Positions 50,298-61,222 of a stretch of 64,000 nucleotides of DNA are shown here, piece after piece. The stretch is from Curvularia clavata (lineage: Eukaryota). The position numbers and the translations under genes are program-made. The notes below the pieces were generated by a model, which ran no database searches, was not told the origin of the DNA, and worked only from the letters and a program-made list of their open reading frames with translations. The stretch is taken from positions 2,046,001 to 2,110,000 of the forward strand of contig CP089280.1 of assembly GCA_023920165.1 (NCBI GenBank). Direction: 5' to 3'. Position 1 is the stretch's first letter. The number at the start of each line of letters is the position of its first letter.

Positions 50298-51532
50298 ATG
50301 TGCAGATTCATGGTAGGCCAGTCACACGACACGTAGAAGACCGCAAACTAAACACCCAACAGGTCTACAAGGGCAAGGACGACATCCTTCTCTCCGAACT
50401 CATTCTGAACCCTACACATTCCATCCTTACCCAATCATTCGATTCGCGCCTTCGCCTTGTACGTCCCCGTTGCATCATCCCCCATCACCTCTCCGCTAAC
50501 ACCACCACCCTTATCTCAGGACCGACGACGTCCACACAATGGCGACGGTTTCGGCATCGGATACTACACTTCGCCCTCTCTGGGCCCTACACCGTGCGTC
50601 TTCACGTCTACGATCCCCGCCTGGAACTGCATCAACCTCTCGCGCATCGCCTCCAAAACCACCTCGTCGCTCATCTTCGCCCACGTCCGCGCCACCACCG
50701 AGGGCAACCTCAGCGACAGCAACTGCCACCCGTTTAGCTACAAAAGCATCATGTTCATGCACAATGGCGGCATTGGCGCCTGGAAGCAGATCAAGCGGCG
50801 CTTTGCCATGAGCCTTGACGAAAAATGGTTCAATGTCGTGGGCGGATCTACGGACAGCGAATGGGCATTCGCCATGTTCCTCGACTGCCTTAACAAAGCC
50901 GGGTTCTCGCCCGACCGGGAAATAGAGCCTGGCGTTGGCTTCGGACACTCTGTGCTGCGGAAAGCCCTGCTCAAGACGATTGAGCGGATCAACGCACTCA
51001 TCAAGGAGGTGGTGAGTGAGCAAGGGGTTGGCGAGGAAGACAGTAGGAGTCTACTGAATTTCGCCGTCACAGATGGTGTGAGTGTGGTTTGCTCGCGGTA
51101 TGTGAGTTCGAGGACAGATGAGGCGGCGAGCTTGTTCTTTAGCAGTGGTACGAGTTGGAAGGAACTGGCGCAGCGGACAAGCGATGACGGTCACCATGAT
51201 AACGACGATGAGGAGAGAGAGAGGAACTATGTCATGGAAAGGAGGGACAAAGGATCCGACATCGTTCTTGTAGCCAGTGAGCCTCTGACTTTTGAACGCG
51301 GTATGTACCTCCACCCTCCCCACACCCTTTCTTTTTTTGTCCTAGTGAATTTGGTAGCTGATGGTTGTCAGATAATTGGGTCACGGTGCCGACGAATAGT
51401 ACCCTGACCATCTCGAAACAAACGGTTATGATTCATCCCATTGTGGATGAGTTCTACTCGCATAACCCCGCACATGCGCGGAGTGCGCATTTTGCCAAGG
51501 CAAAGGGCCAGACGGTTACGGAGAAGAGTTAG
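50298..51532 (+). CDS. DUG3: Class II glutamine amidotransferase Dug3 (glutathione degradation)
   Basis: N-terminal MCRF (catalytic Cys2); introns 50313-50362, 50459-50519, 51301-51371; NGDGFGIG, FAHVRA, NCHPF, HNG, TDSE, VASEPLT motifs. Confidence 0.95.
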
Positions 51533-51842
51533 AAGAGAGAAGGAGGGGAGAATTGACTAGGTGGGTGGATGAGGGTAGCGGGCGTTTGTTTGGTTTAGGA
51601 CATACATTTCCTTTTGGGTGCTTATATGTGGGTAAGGATATATCAGGAGTCTGGGCAAGGAATTGAGCAAGACCTGTGTTGTTTCGCACAGTATTATATA
51701 AGACTCAGTAGAATAGGATATGGGTATCATAACTTGCACGTGACTGTGTTACAACGTCTTTGAATCCAGCAAATGAACAACAGACTTGATTCTTGAGACT
51801 GATTGCAAGATTTCCGCTTCTTTTTACCTACTCACCAACTCA

Positions 51843-54246
51843 TCATCCCTTCGACCCCAGCGCCTTCAACACTTCTGGATGTCTCCTCTTACGCGACGGA
51901 TACGCCTCCTCCGCCTTAAACGGATCGATTCTCTCCCCATCCATTAGAAACTCATACTTATCCACCACCGCCTTGCAGAAATCAGCCCACGCCTCGTTGA
52001 GATATCTGTGACCTTCTTCTTTCTGCGAGGAACTCAAGCAGCTGTAGTCGATACTCCAGCGCGCTAGCTGCTTCCAGCTGTACAGAGACATGCTGGGCGC
52101 GCCGACCATGATTTGATAGAATTCGTGGGACATGGAGTTGCTGAGCATCTCGTCAGTGAATGCTGTAAGAAAGCGGGGATGTGAGGGCAGCGTACCTGAA
52201 TAGTGAAGGGTTATCGGAATTCACAGTGCAAGGAATACCCGCAGCCAGCAATTCCGGGTACGGATGTTCCTTGATATTTCTGCAGAGATGCAGCAGTTCG
52301 TTGGAAATGGGGCACAATTCTATACAGATGCCTGGGCTAGTAGCTGTCTTTTTGAATTTTTCGAGAAGATGCGGGTGTTTCATGAGGGCGAAGCCGTGGC
52401 CGATGCGCTTTGAGTTGAGGGCTACGGCATCGTAGAGATTGGAGTTTCGAGGGTCGCTGGAGCCGCCGGTGTCGAGCAGTGTCTCTCCCGCGTGGAACAT
52501 GAAGGGGATGTCGAGGTTCATGGCTTTGCAGGTTTCCTGGAAGGCAACGAGTTGAGGCCGGTAGAAGTCGATATGATTAGGGCGGTCTTCGGCACCGACG
52601 AGATCGAAGCCTGGATACGGTTTAGAAATTGGACTTGTGACTGAGACCTCGTGATTTTTACTTACCGCAGATCAGATCATCAAACTGAATCTTGAGCTTG
52701 ATGCAGTCCCTCATCTCGTTCTCCATCATGCTGGGTGGTATTGATCGCGGCGTGCAGTATATAATCTTAAGTCCAAATGGGAACTTGTGCAGCTCACCCT
52801 TTTGCTTTAGCTCAGCCTTTTTCGCTTCTACTTCCTCAATAATGAGTCTCATCTGCGCAGCAAGATCAACGCGATCTTCTGGTTTCCCGCTATCACCGGG
52901 AATCGACTTATCTAAAAGCATCGGCCGAAGTTCAGCGTACATGACCTTTTCCTCTATCATCCGGTCAATGGCATCGTTTATGTATGACTTGTAAACACTC
53001 TTATAGTTTAGTAGCCCCTTAAACGCCCTTGTAGCTTGGTTGAATCGAGCCCAGACACTGTAGACATGTTAGAGAAGGATTTTGCAAAGACAGGATAAAC
53101 ATACCCGTTGACGGTTTGGTCGGGGTGATAGGCTTCTTCCTGGCTAAGAACCATCTTTGACCTCAGCCAGTTCTCCGCCGGCCTCAGATTAGGGCGCGCT
53201 GAATCTCCACAGTGATGTGGTCGCCCCTCACGGAAAGTCTCCGGTTCCTGATGTACATACTTGCCTGGGAACTTCTTTTCGAATTCATCTTGAAACCTGG
53301 ACCATGGCATCCATATCTGCTTTTGAAACTCTTCCTTTTTGAGATCCGCAGGTGCAGTGGCAAGTGGATAGTCGGCTGAGAAGATGTCGACATTAGGATT
53401 GACAGTGTCTGGGTCTAGGACATTAAAGATCAACTCAGTCGTGCCCAACTGAGTCTCATCTTGGATGCGCTGAATGCTGCGGATATACATATTCTTCATT
53501 GTTCGAGCTCGCACAAGAAGGATCTCAGGATGCAGTTCAGCATTGAAGTGCAGATGCAAAAGGCCTCCCTTGGGAACCATTTTGGAAATCTCAAACAACT
53601 TGCTCTGAGCGTCTATTCGTTCTTTGTTAGTAAGATACTGGCCGCCCATGTCCTGATCCTCAGCATCCGGTAACGCCTCCGAGGCCAGGTTCCCAAATGT
53701 GACGATGCGCTCATACTCGCGAATCGCGTAGGTGATTGTTGCAGCCCGTCTTTCCAGTCTATCTTCGTCAGATGTTGAGTTGCTGCTTGGCCTTGCTTCC
53801 CGATCCCATACATTCTCGTCCTCAACTTTGAGAAGATTGTTTCTCTGTTCCCCATATCTCTCCGAGGCTTTTGCATCGGTTAATGACTGACTAAATTTGG
53901 CCAAAGCCTCTGCTTCTTTCTGCTGTGGTGTCATGCCAGTAATAGATGAAGCAGATGTTTCGGCTTCTACTGGAATCACAGGCATTTTCCGTGTTGGATG
54001 TGGGCTTAATGCCCTTTTTCTCTTCTTTGGCGAGTCAGCTACAGTCATGACGGGCCTGTTTGCGTCTTCCGGGGACGTGTGCCTGTCACGTACAAAGCTG
54101 CGTGCATCTGTTAACCCAGACACACAAGATGGGTGGGTTTGGCCCAAGACTCACAATGTGGGGATCACGATACCACACTTGGCGAACAAGCCTGGGCGGG
54201 CTTTCTGCGACTCACTCGAAGGTTTGAATTCGCCGTCAAGGGGCAT
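51843..54246 (-). CDS. Adenosine deaminase-related protein (ADA2/CECR1/ADGF-like), multi-exon
   Basis: Exon 1 54246-54155 (MPLDGEFKP..IPT), intron 54154-54098, further introns near 53.06-53.10, 52.61-52.67 and 52.14-52.20 kb; metal/catalytic motifs LLHLHFNA, FDLVGAED, FHAGET, RIGHG, ELCPISN, NSDNP. Confidence 0.92.
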
Positions 54247-55382
54247 GCCGACGATTTTGATAAGATGACTATCGACGGCTGTTCATGCCGATGCAAGTGA
54301 AGCTGCAGGTAGAAGGATGCAATGCTGGCCGGATACGGTTCAGCTGCATTCAAATGCCTTTCCAGTCGAGTATTTACTCTCACCGGATAAGGCTGTGCAA
54401 AATACTCGGTGTTGAATAAAATGGTGACTCCCGCGACGATGTTGTGCTTGGGCCCAAAGGTGGATCTCAGCCTGGTGTCGGAAGGATGGAGTACCAAAGT
54501 CCAGTGTTTGCTGGCCCGTCTCGCGGCCTAGGGCACGTGGCCGGTCAGATTAACAGGGCAGTGGACGAGTAGAATTCCGGTGTACATGTAGGCGCTGCGC
54601 CCCTTTTGTGCCTGGTCTTGTTGCCTTGGAGTGAAGAGGGACGACAACGAGGTTGCCTGGCGGTGATGGTGTGTATCCAAGGGCGCGCGATGGAAAGGGA
54701 AGGAGCGGCAGGTACACCAGCGCACACCCTACCCTACCCTCAGCAAACAATGATTCCTTTTCCCTCTTTTGACTCGTCCGGTACATGCGACACCACTTCC
54801 AACGACTTGTCGAGACTATGACGCTGCTGTGTGCGGGTGTCGCTGTCGATCGTGGCACGACAAGGCTATTCCTCCAGTCCCCGCCAGGAGGCGCAGCAAT
54901 CTACGAGCCCGCGAGGCGTTCCCACGGCCGGCCCATCACTTACTCAAGCAGCAGAGCAGCCTAGCATGGCTTGCACAAATGAGGCTATGCAAAGCCACAG
55001 GTTGTCAGCTAGAAACCCCTCCTTGCAGAGGCCCCCCAATCAGATGGAGCTGTCGACATGCATCAATCCACCACCCGCCTCCTCCTCGCAGCGCGTAGCG
55101 GCAACCTTCTAACCGACGCTGTAACACAGCGCTTCGGCCCATGAACCTTTTCCCTTCGCGCTCCCACGCCTACGCCCACGCGTCGTCATCGTCATGCGTG
55201 CCTTCTTTGCCTGATATTCGTGCCAGGCATATCTTCATACCGACTTATAAGCAGCTTTCCGTATATTGACATCGCGCTTCGATTGACAGGGCGCCTTGTG
55301 TTGGACATATGCCGCTTTTCTGCCTGATAACGCCCTTGTCCACTTCCAAGTTCTGAGCACCCAGTGCCCTTTTTTTGTCGAC

Positions 55383-56701
55383 ATGTACTGGCTTCCGGCT
55401 GACAGTAACGGGAAGTATTCCTACAAGGAGTTGCAGCTAGACATTGTCGGTTTCCTCGCTATTTTGGGCGAGGGTTCAGTTCTGGCCAATGCCCAAGTCT
55501 CGACGCTCTCCAGATGGATCTTCTTGCCACGCCTGCTCCCAGCCCCTCAGGCTCTCATGAGACCGACGAGACCTGATAAGCTTGAACCGTTTGCTGGCCA
55601 TGTGACGGGCACCGTATCTGGCAACCACAGAGACTACATCAACCATATTGGCAACATTGTCTGGTGAGTACACCACGGTGGGAAAATGTGGGAGCAACAA
55701 ACTTCGACAAAGCGCCTCGCCGCCTGTCCAACAGACCCCATGAGACCCGGCACACAACCACCGTCCAATGCTTACACGAAACAACCAGTGACGCCAACAA
55801 CCTCCCTGAGTTCTCCGTACGAGTCGTCCGAATCGAACGCATCGGCACAAAAGCCATCAAGGCAAAGACCTTCGGCCCACTCACCGTCGTCCTCCTCATT
55901 GGTTTTGCCCTCTCTGGTATCCTCCTCGCCTTGTCAATCTGGCAAAGGGATGGTATGTCCATATTGGCCCTGGTGCTACTATCGTGCCTCTCTAGTCTGA
56001 TCGGCTTGAGCAATAAATGGGAATTGAAACTCCCTAAACGCCATGAGAAAAAGGGCAAGGTGCCACGCGGAGACGTTGTCATACGGTACCCCAAAGGAAG
56101 TTTCTTGATAGTACGGTGTGCGGAAGACGTTGCTCGAGAGCTATATTTTGCACCCGAAAGCATCTGTTATCTCCTCTCACACGCTCCAGTATACCGAATT
56201 TTCAGTTTGATAGGCACCATGATGCTCATGGGAGGCGTCATATGCCTCGCCAACGCGCAAATCCAGGTCCAAATCGCCTGGGCTGGTTCATACATGCTTC
56301 TCGGCGCCCTTTACTGGATCGTGGCTGCGTTGCCCAGCAAAATGCACTGGGATACATCCTGCTACAACGTCATACCAGAGTGTCTCTCTGATTCGAACAT
56401 GGATCTAAAAGGATGGCCATCGAAGAACAAGACATATACCCAGGCTTTGTGGAAGGCCATCTGCGTAACCAAAGACACAGATTGGGTCCTCAGGAGTTCG
56501 GCTTGTCCCGAGACAGTAGCCTGGAGGGATTGGCTACTCGAGGCCAAAGCATGCAGCAAGGACGTCAGGCTAAAGGAAGACCAGGACAAAACACTGAAAA
56601 GAACCATCTGGGAAGTGCCCGACTGGGATCCTCAGGCATCTTTGATACGCCTATTGGCTGAACAGGCGGACAACGATCATACCAAGCTCGAACAGGTTTG
56701 A
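55383..56701 (+). CDS. Conserved fungal multi-pass membrane protein of unknown function
   Basis: Exon 1 MYWLP..LDIVGFLAILGEGS..PRLLPAPQAL, intron 55664-55788 (GTGAGT..CTTAC..CAG), exon 2 with about four TM segments and GDVVIRYPKGSFLIVRCAEDVARELYF. Confidence 0.8.
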
Positions 56702-57415
56702 CAAGAAGCGCATGGAACGATTTTCTTTCTCTTTTTTGGATGCTTTTTTTGCATAGCGCTGGGGAAAAACGGGATCATCAAATCTATCACAGATGTTACT
56801 ATGATTGGGACGACATTTAACGAATCGAGACGGACACGCATGCAGCGTTTTTCACGGTGGAATCAGCAACGAGTTTTCTTTTTACTTATATCGTGTTCAT
56901 CATTTTTCCAAAGCGATTTGTTTCGTTTTTGTCAGCAAGCGTTCAGTATCATCTTCATATCCATGCCGAAAAAGCCTCAATATCATTGCATCGCATTTGG
57001 ATTTCACTCTGAGCAGCCTTTATCATCATAGATCATCAAATCAAAGAACAGAACGTATCTTATCCATTGGATACCAGGATTCCATCATTATCCAATATCG
57101 CTCAAGGGTACAGGTCCCGTTTGGACCTTCGTATCTCTTTTTTGTGCTGCTCATATGTCGCTACGTAGAAAGCGGACATGTTCGTGTTCCTCGAAAAGAC
57201 ATATCTCCCAGATAGCGGTAAGACACACGCTAGGAATCATTTGTACCACACTGCTGTGGTACTAACGGCTTGCATCATGAGAAGATGCCTCTTTGGAGGG
57301 GGCCTGGAGCCAGCCTTTGTTGCGCATAATCTCCAACCTGGACATGCGCGTCGAGGAGCCGAGTAACTTAGCAACAGTCTTTACTGCATCTGTTCCTCTG
57401 ATCACGACCCTCAGT

Positions 57416-58306
57416 TCAGGTAGCACTCTTCCACCGCTGCTCATGCTCAACCTTCCTTTTGACCACACTTCTCAACCACTTATCCAAGTTCTCTGGCTCG
57501 ATTTCCACATCGACGTCCATCGCCTCGCCCTCAACGTCTAGCTTGATTCCGCCTTCATCGTCGTCGTCATCTTCACCGCAGCATGCCTCTTCACCCGTCT
57601 GACAAACTTCATTCCACTCCTCGTAGCTGAAGTCTCCTTCACTCTCACTCAGCAGCATCTTCCTGTCACCAGAGAACGCAAAGACATGGACTGAGCGTAT
57701 GGGTTTCGCGCGTAGCAGTTGGTTGGCAGTCGGTGACACAAGCGGTGGCGAGGACGACGCAGGCTGTGCAATGAGTATCGATGTGAAAGTCGTACGGAGG
57801 GGTATCGAGGCCGAGAGTAGCGCGAGCAGCGCGGTATGAAGAAGATGGGGGAGGAGCGAAAGAGACTTGCGACTATAATCAGCGATTTTGGCTAAGAGAA
57901 AGCATGTGAGAGTGGAAACGCACTGTGTTGACACGCGCTGTGCTGTCTTCCTCTGGCAAGCTTCTTACTTGCAGGGTGATTTGCACCAGTGTTCGGGGTA
58001 TCGATTGCATTAGGATAATGCTGCGGAGTGTGTTATGCACAAGGGTTTCGAGGTGTCGCTCTCTTGGGCCTTTTGGGGGGTTCATTGTCAGCGGTTTTGT
58101 ATTGATCGGGAGTCAGAGTACGCACTTCCTACGCCCGTCGCTGGCCTCACGTTGACTTCAATGGCTGCTTCTTCCGGCAACTCATCACGTCGCTGGACCT
58201 CGATTGGGCCATTGACGGCGCCGATAATAGAGTATCCAAGATGTGTGTATGTCGCTGAACCGTCTGCACGGTTCAGGTGTGTGAGAATGACCGTCGGAGC
58301 AACCAT
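57416..58306 (-). CDS. RRP46: Exosome core subunit Rrp46 (RNase PH fold)
   Basis: LNRADGSATY..AVNGPIEVQRRDELPEEAAIEVNVRP; two GTGCGT introns (~58.07-58.12 and 57.87-57.92 kb); RERHLE..IPRTLVQITLQV; LLSESEGDF. Confidence 0.93.
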
Positions 58307-58609
58307 GGCTTGAAATGTTTGTCTGTATGCGCGTGTTCACGTCATGTATTGGCGCAGTCCAAAAGTTTTGGCGGGGAGGACAAGCTTTGGTCGCGGAGCG
58401 CACATGAGCGCTGGACCGAGGCGCCAGCATCACCGCGGCCAACCCCAGCTTCCCTTGCGATTGGGAGTGCGCGTTGGCAGCCAGCCTCCCAGACCAGCTT
58501 TCACCGCTTTCTCGCGCACCCCCTCTGTCTCCTTCTCTCGCACCATTAGTCTGTATTGCGCGCGCGCATTGTTGTCGTGAAAAACTCAGTGACGCATCGG
58601 AAACCCATC

Positions 58610-59182
58610 ATGGCCGGCTCATCGCGCAACGCCTCGCCCATCAAGCGGCTCATGACGGAACTACAAACCTACCAGAGGGACAAGAACGAAGTGCTATACG
58701 ATCTAGGTCCTACTGATGACGACGTAATGCAATGGCGGGCCGTCATGAAAGGCGTGCCAGGAACAGCTTACGAAGGTACATACATCTCTCCCTCTTCAAG
58801 ATAAACAAATACACGGTTATATGCTACAACCCCATACTGACCCACTATCTCAGACGGCTGCTGGCTCCTCTCCATCTCCATCCCACCAACCTATCCCCTC
58901 GCGCCCCCCACCATCCGCTTCATCACGCCTATCTGCCATCCGAACGTCGACTTTAAAACGGGCGAAATCTGTCTCGACCTACTGAAAACATCGTGGTCTC
59001 CTGCGTACACGATTTCTACGACCATGACCAGTATACATCAGTTGCTGACTAGCGCGGAGCCGGATAGTCCACTCAATGTCGATGTGGCGCAGTTGTTTCG
59101 CACGGGCGATGAAGTGGGCGCGAGGAGTCTGATTAGGTGGTATACGGTTAGTGAGAAGTATGCGTGGAGAAAGAACTATTGA
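58610..59182 (+). CDS. PEX4: Ubiquitin-conjugating enzyme E2, peroxin-4 type
   Basis: KRLMTEL..WRAVMKGVPGTAYE, intron 58776-58853, YPLAPPTIRF, HPNVDFKTGEICLDLLK (active Cys), EPDSPLNVD. Confidence 0.85.
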
Positions 59183-59916
59183 GGGCAGAGAGGGAGTCAT
59201 TGAGGGGGTGGAGGGGGTGGAGGGGGACTTGTTGTGAGAGTGGAGACGATGTTATTGAGGGCGAAGTGCAAAGAAGTTATGCAAGTGGAGTAAGGAGAGA
59301 GTTCGGAGATGGAGGGCTTTGACGGGCGTTTTGTTTGGAATTGTTTTTGGGGATAAGATACCTGTCTATTAACTATATACGAAGAGAATATTGAGAAGAG
59401 CTGTTGATTGATTATGAATTTGGGACTTTACATGCACTGGTTCACTTCGCATATGCGATATCATGTATCTAACTCAACAAGTACATCAATCTTTTGGGAT
59501 AATTTCCCCTCCCGTCTCAAAGAATAAGCAACATGGTCATACGCATACAATCATGCCTCATCTCACACCTCTAACTTCCACCCCCGGCCCCCAACACTCA
59601 AGCGCGCCATTATGCAAGCCCAGACTCCTTTTTTCGGCAACCGCACAGCGCGCGCTTACGGCGTTTTCATTTTTGGTACTCGGAGTTGTACCCTTCACCC
59701 ACCACCGACTTGTCCTACTACTTGGCATTTGACTCCTCTTCCCTCCACCCGATCTCAAACCTGCCCACCCACCTCCGCTGCCGCCGCGCGCCGGATTCAT
59801 CACTTCCGTACCTAAGTACAGAAACACGCCAGCCACATTTGCCCTTAGCACCAGGGAGACCCACGATAAATTGCATGTAACTAAACACCAGCTCTGCCCA
59901 CACTTTACTCCTCAGC

Positions 59917-60160
59917 CTGTCCAGCCCATACAGGTTCCGCGGGGCAACAACTTGAACTAAACATTGAAGTATGTTTGTGTAAGTAAACCCGCGGAATTTG
60001 CCGTACGCTGGAAAGAATAGTGGAAGCTTGGCGCGAGCGAAATGGCAGTAGAAAGGGCTTTGTTGGCTGTTATGCTTTTGCAAGTCGGCGAGCTGAGTAC
60101 ACAGCTGAAGAAAAACAAGGCTTTTCTACTATAACAACAGCTCATATATCCATCACATGT
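59917..60160 (+). ncRNA. Candidate box H/ACA snoRNA (snR37-like guide for the LSU rRNA GAGC-psi-GGG site)
   Basis: Hairpin 1 59920-60012, H box AGAATA 60014-60019, hairpin 2 60020-60153 and ACA at 60155-60157. The 3' pocket AAGCT (60024-60028)/GCTCAT (60140-60145) begins 15 nt upstream of the ACA. Confidence 0.7.
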
Positions 60161-60204
60161 TCAGAAAATCTCCTGATCCCGCGGCGCGGAGAAAGCTGCA
60201 ACTT

Positions 60205-60570
60205 GTATATGCCGGAGTCATGTAGGTGTGTGTTGTACATCTGAAAAGCAAACCATGGCGGCTGGATGCGAGTCACGAGGAACCATTATAGTAGAGAGTC
60301 TGTTCCACACCCCACCGAGTCTTTCCCCGGATGATGCCGAAGGTAGAGGGGACTATGAACGCCATCGAGTCATGCAACAAGAATGAATGGCACTATGGAA
60401 TAAGGCGGTAAATGATGGATCGAGCATTTTACTTCTACTATGTACCTACTACAACACACCAATTCCGGATCCCCTTCTTCCGTGTGTAGTCCCAAACATG
60501 GGCAAAAAAAAAAGCGAACATGATGGTTTGCCTGACATTCTCATGACTCTTCCTACATGAACTCCGTTCC
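60205..60570 (+). ncRNA. Putative structured RNA of unknown class directly downstream of the H/ACA candidate
   Basis: Four nested inverted complements: 60213-60226/60552-60566, 60248-60256/60523-60531, 60288-60299/60431-60441, 60301-60307/60396-60402. Confidence 0.4.
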
Positions 60571-61222
60571 TTCAACCCCCTCCACATTACTTTATCCTAC
60601 CCTGCCCTTGCCCTGACCTGTCTAGCTTCCTGCTTCCTGCCTTGCTAGCCCTGGCAACCTTCAGCTACTAAGCGCGCAAGCCACTACCGCCACCAGCACC
60701 ACCATGCAGCACTGCAACTGCGTAAAAAAAAGGACCCTCATACTCGTACGTGCGTGCACATTCGAAACCCTGCCCGCAGAAAGAGAAACAAGAAAGCTTG
60801 CCATACTTGTTTTTCCAACCGCTTTTCGATCTTAGATAAGCACAGCCCACTTTTTTTTTTGCCTTGTTTTTTGGGAGAGGGGCGCTGGAGAACGGAACTA
60901 GGACGGGTGTACACGGGTGTATTTTGTGTATCGTACTAGTTGGACAAGGAAAAACGTGTTGGCGGTGAGTGTATGTGTATGTATGTGTCCGGAACAGGGA
61001 ACATCAAGAAGAAGTGGCGTAGCTGAGGGTTGAGATTGTGAGATACAAGACAAGGAAACCTAATCATGTGCGTATCATGCTTCTAGATTCGAGCAGATTG
61101 AACAAGCCTTTCAGCAACGCCTAGAGGCGAAGGCTTGTTTTTTTCCTTGTTCTTGAGATTCATTTCTTTTCCCTTGCGCGGCAGCCGTGCAGATGGGAAT
61201 GTAATGAATGGTGTGAGGATGG

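Noticed and set aside
29561..59182. Cryptic peroxisomal targeting by stop-codon readthrough (TGA CTA) in the metabolic genes
   Set aside because: The stop contexts I checked (MDR, Fe-ADH, GCV3, DUG3, ADA-like) are not TGA-CTA, and I saw no PTS1-like extension.
59500..61100. Telomerase RNA or snR30/U17 as the identity of the structured region
   Set aside because: No TAACCCTAA-type template on either strand. AAACCAT (m2-like) occurs, but without an upstream TATTCC (m1) or an ACA at the right spacing.
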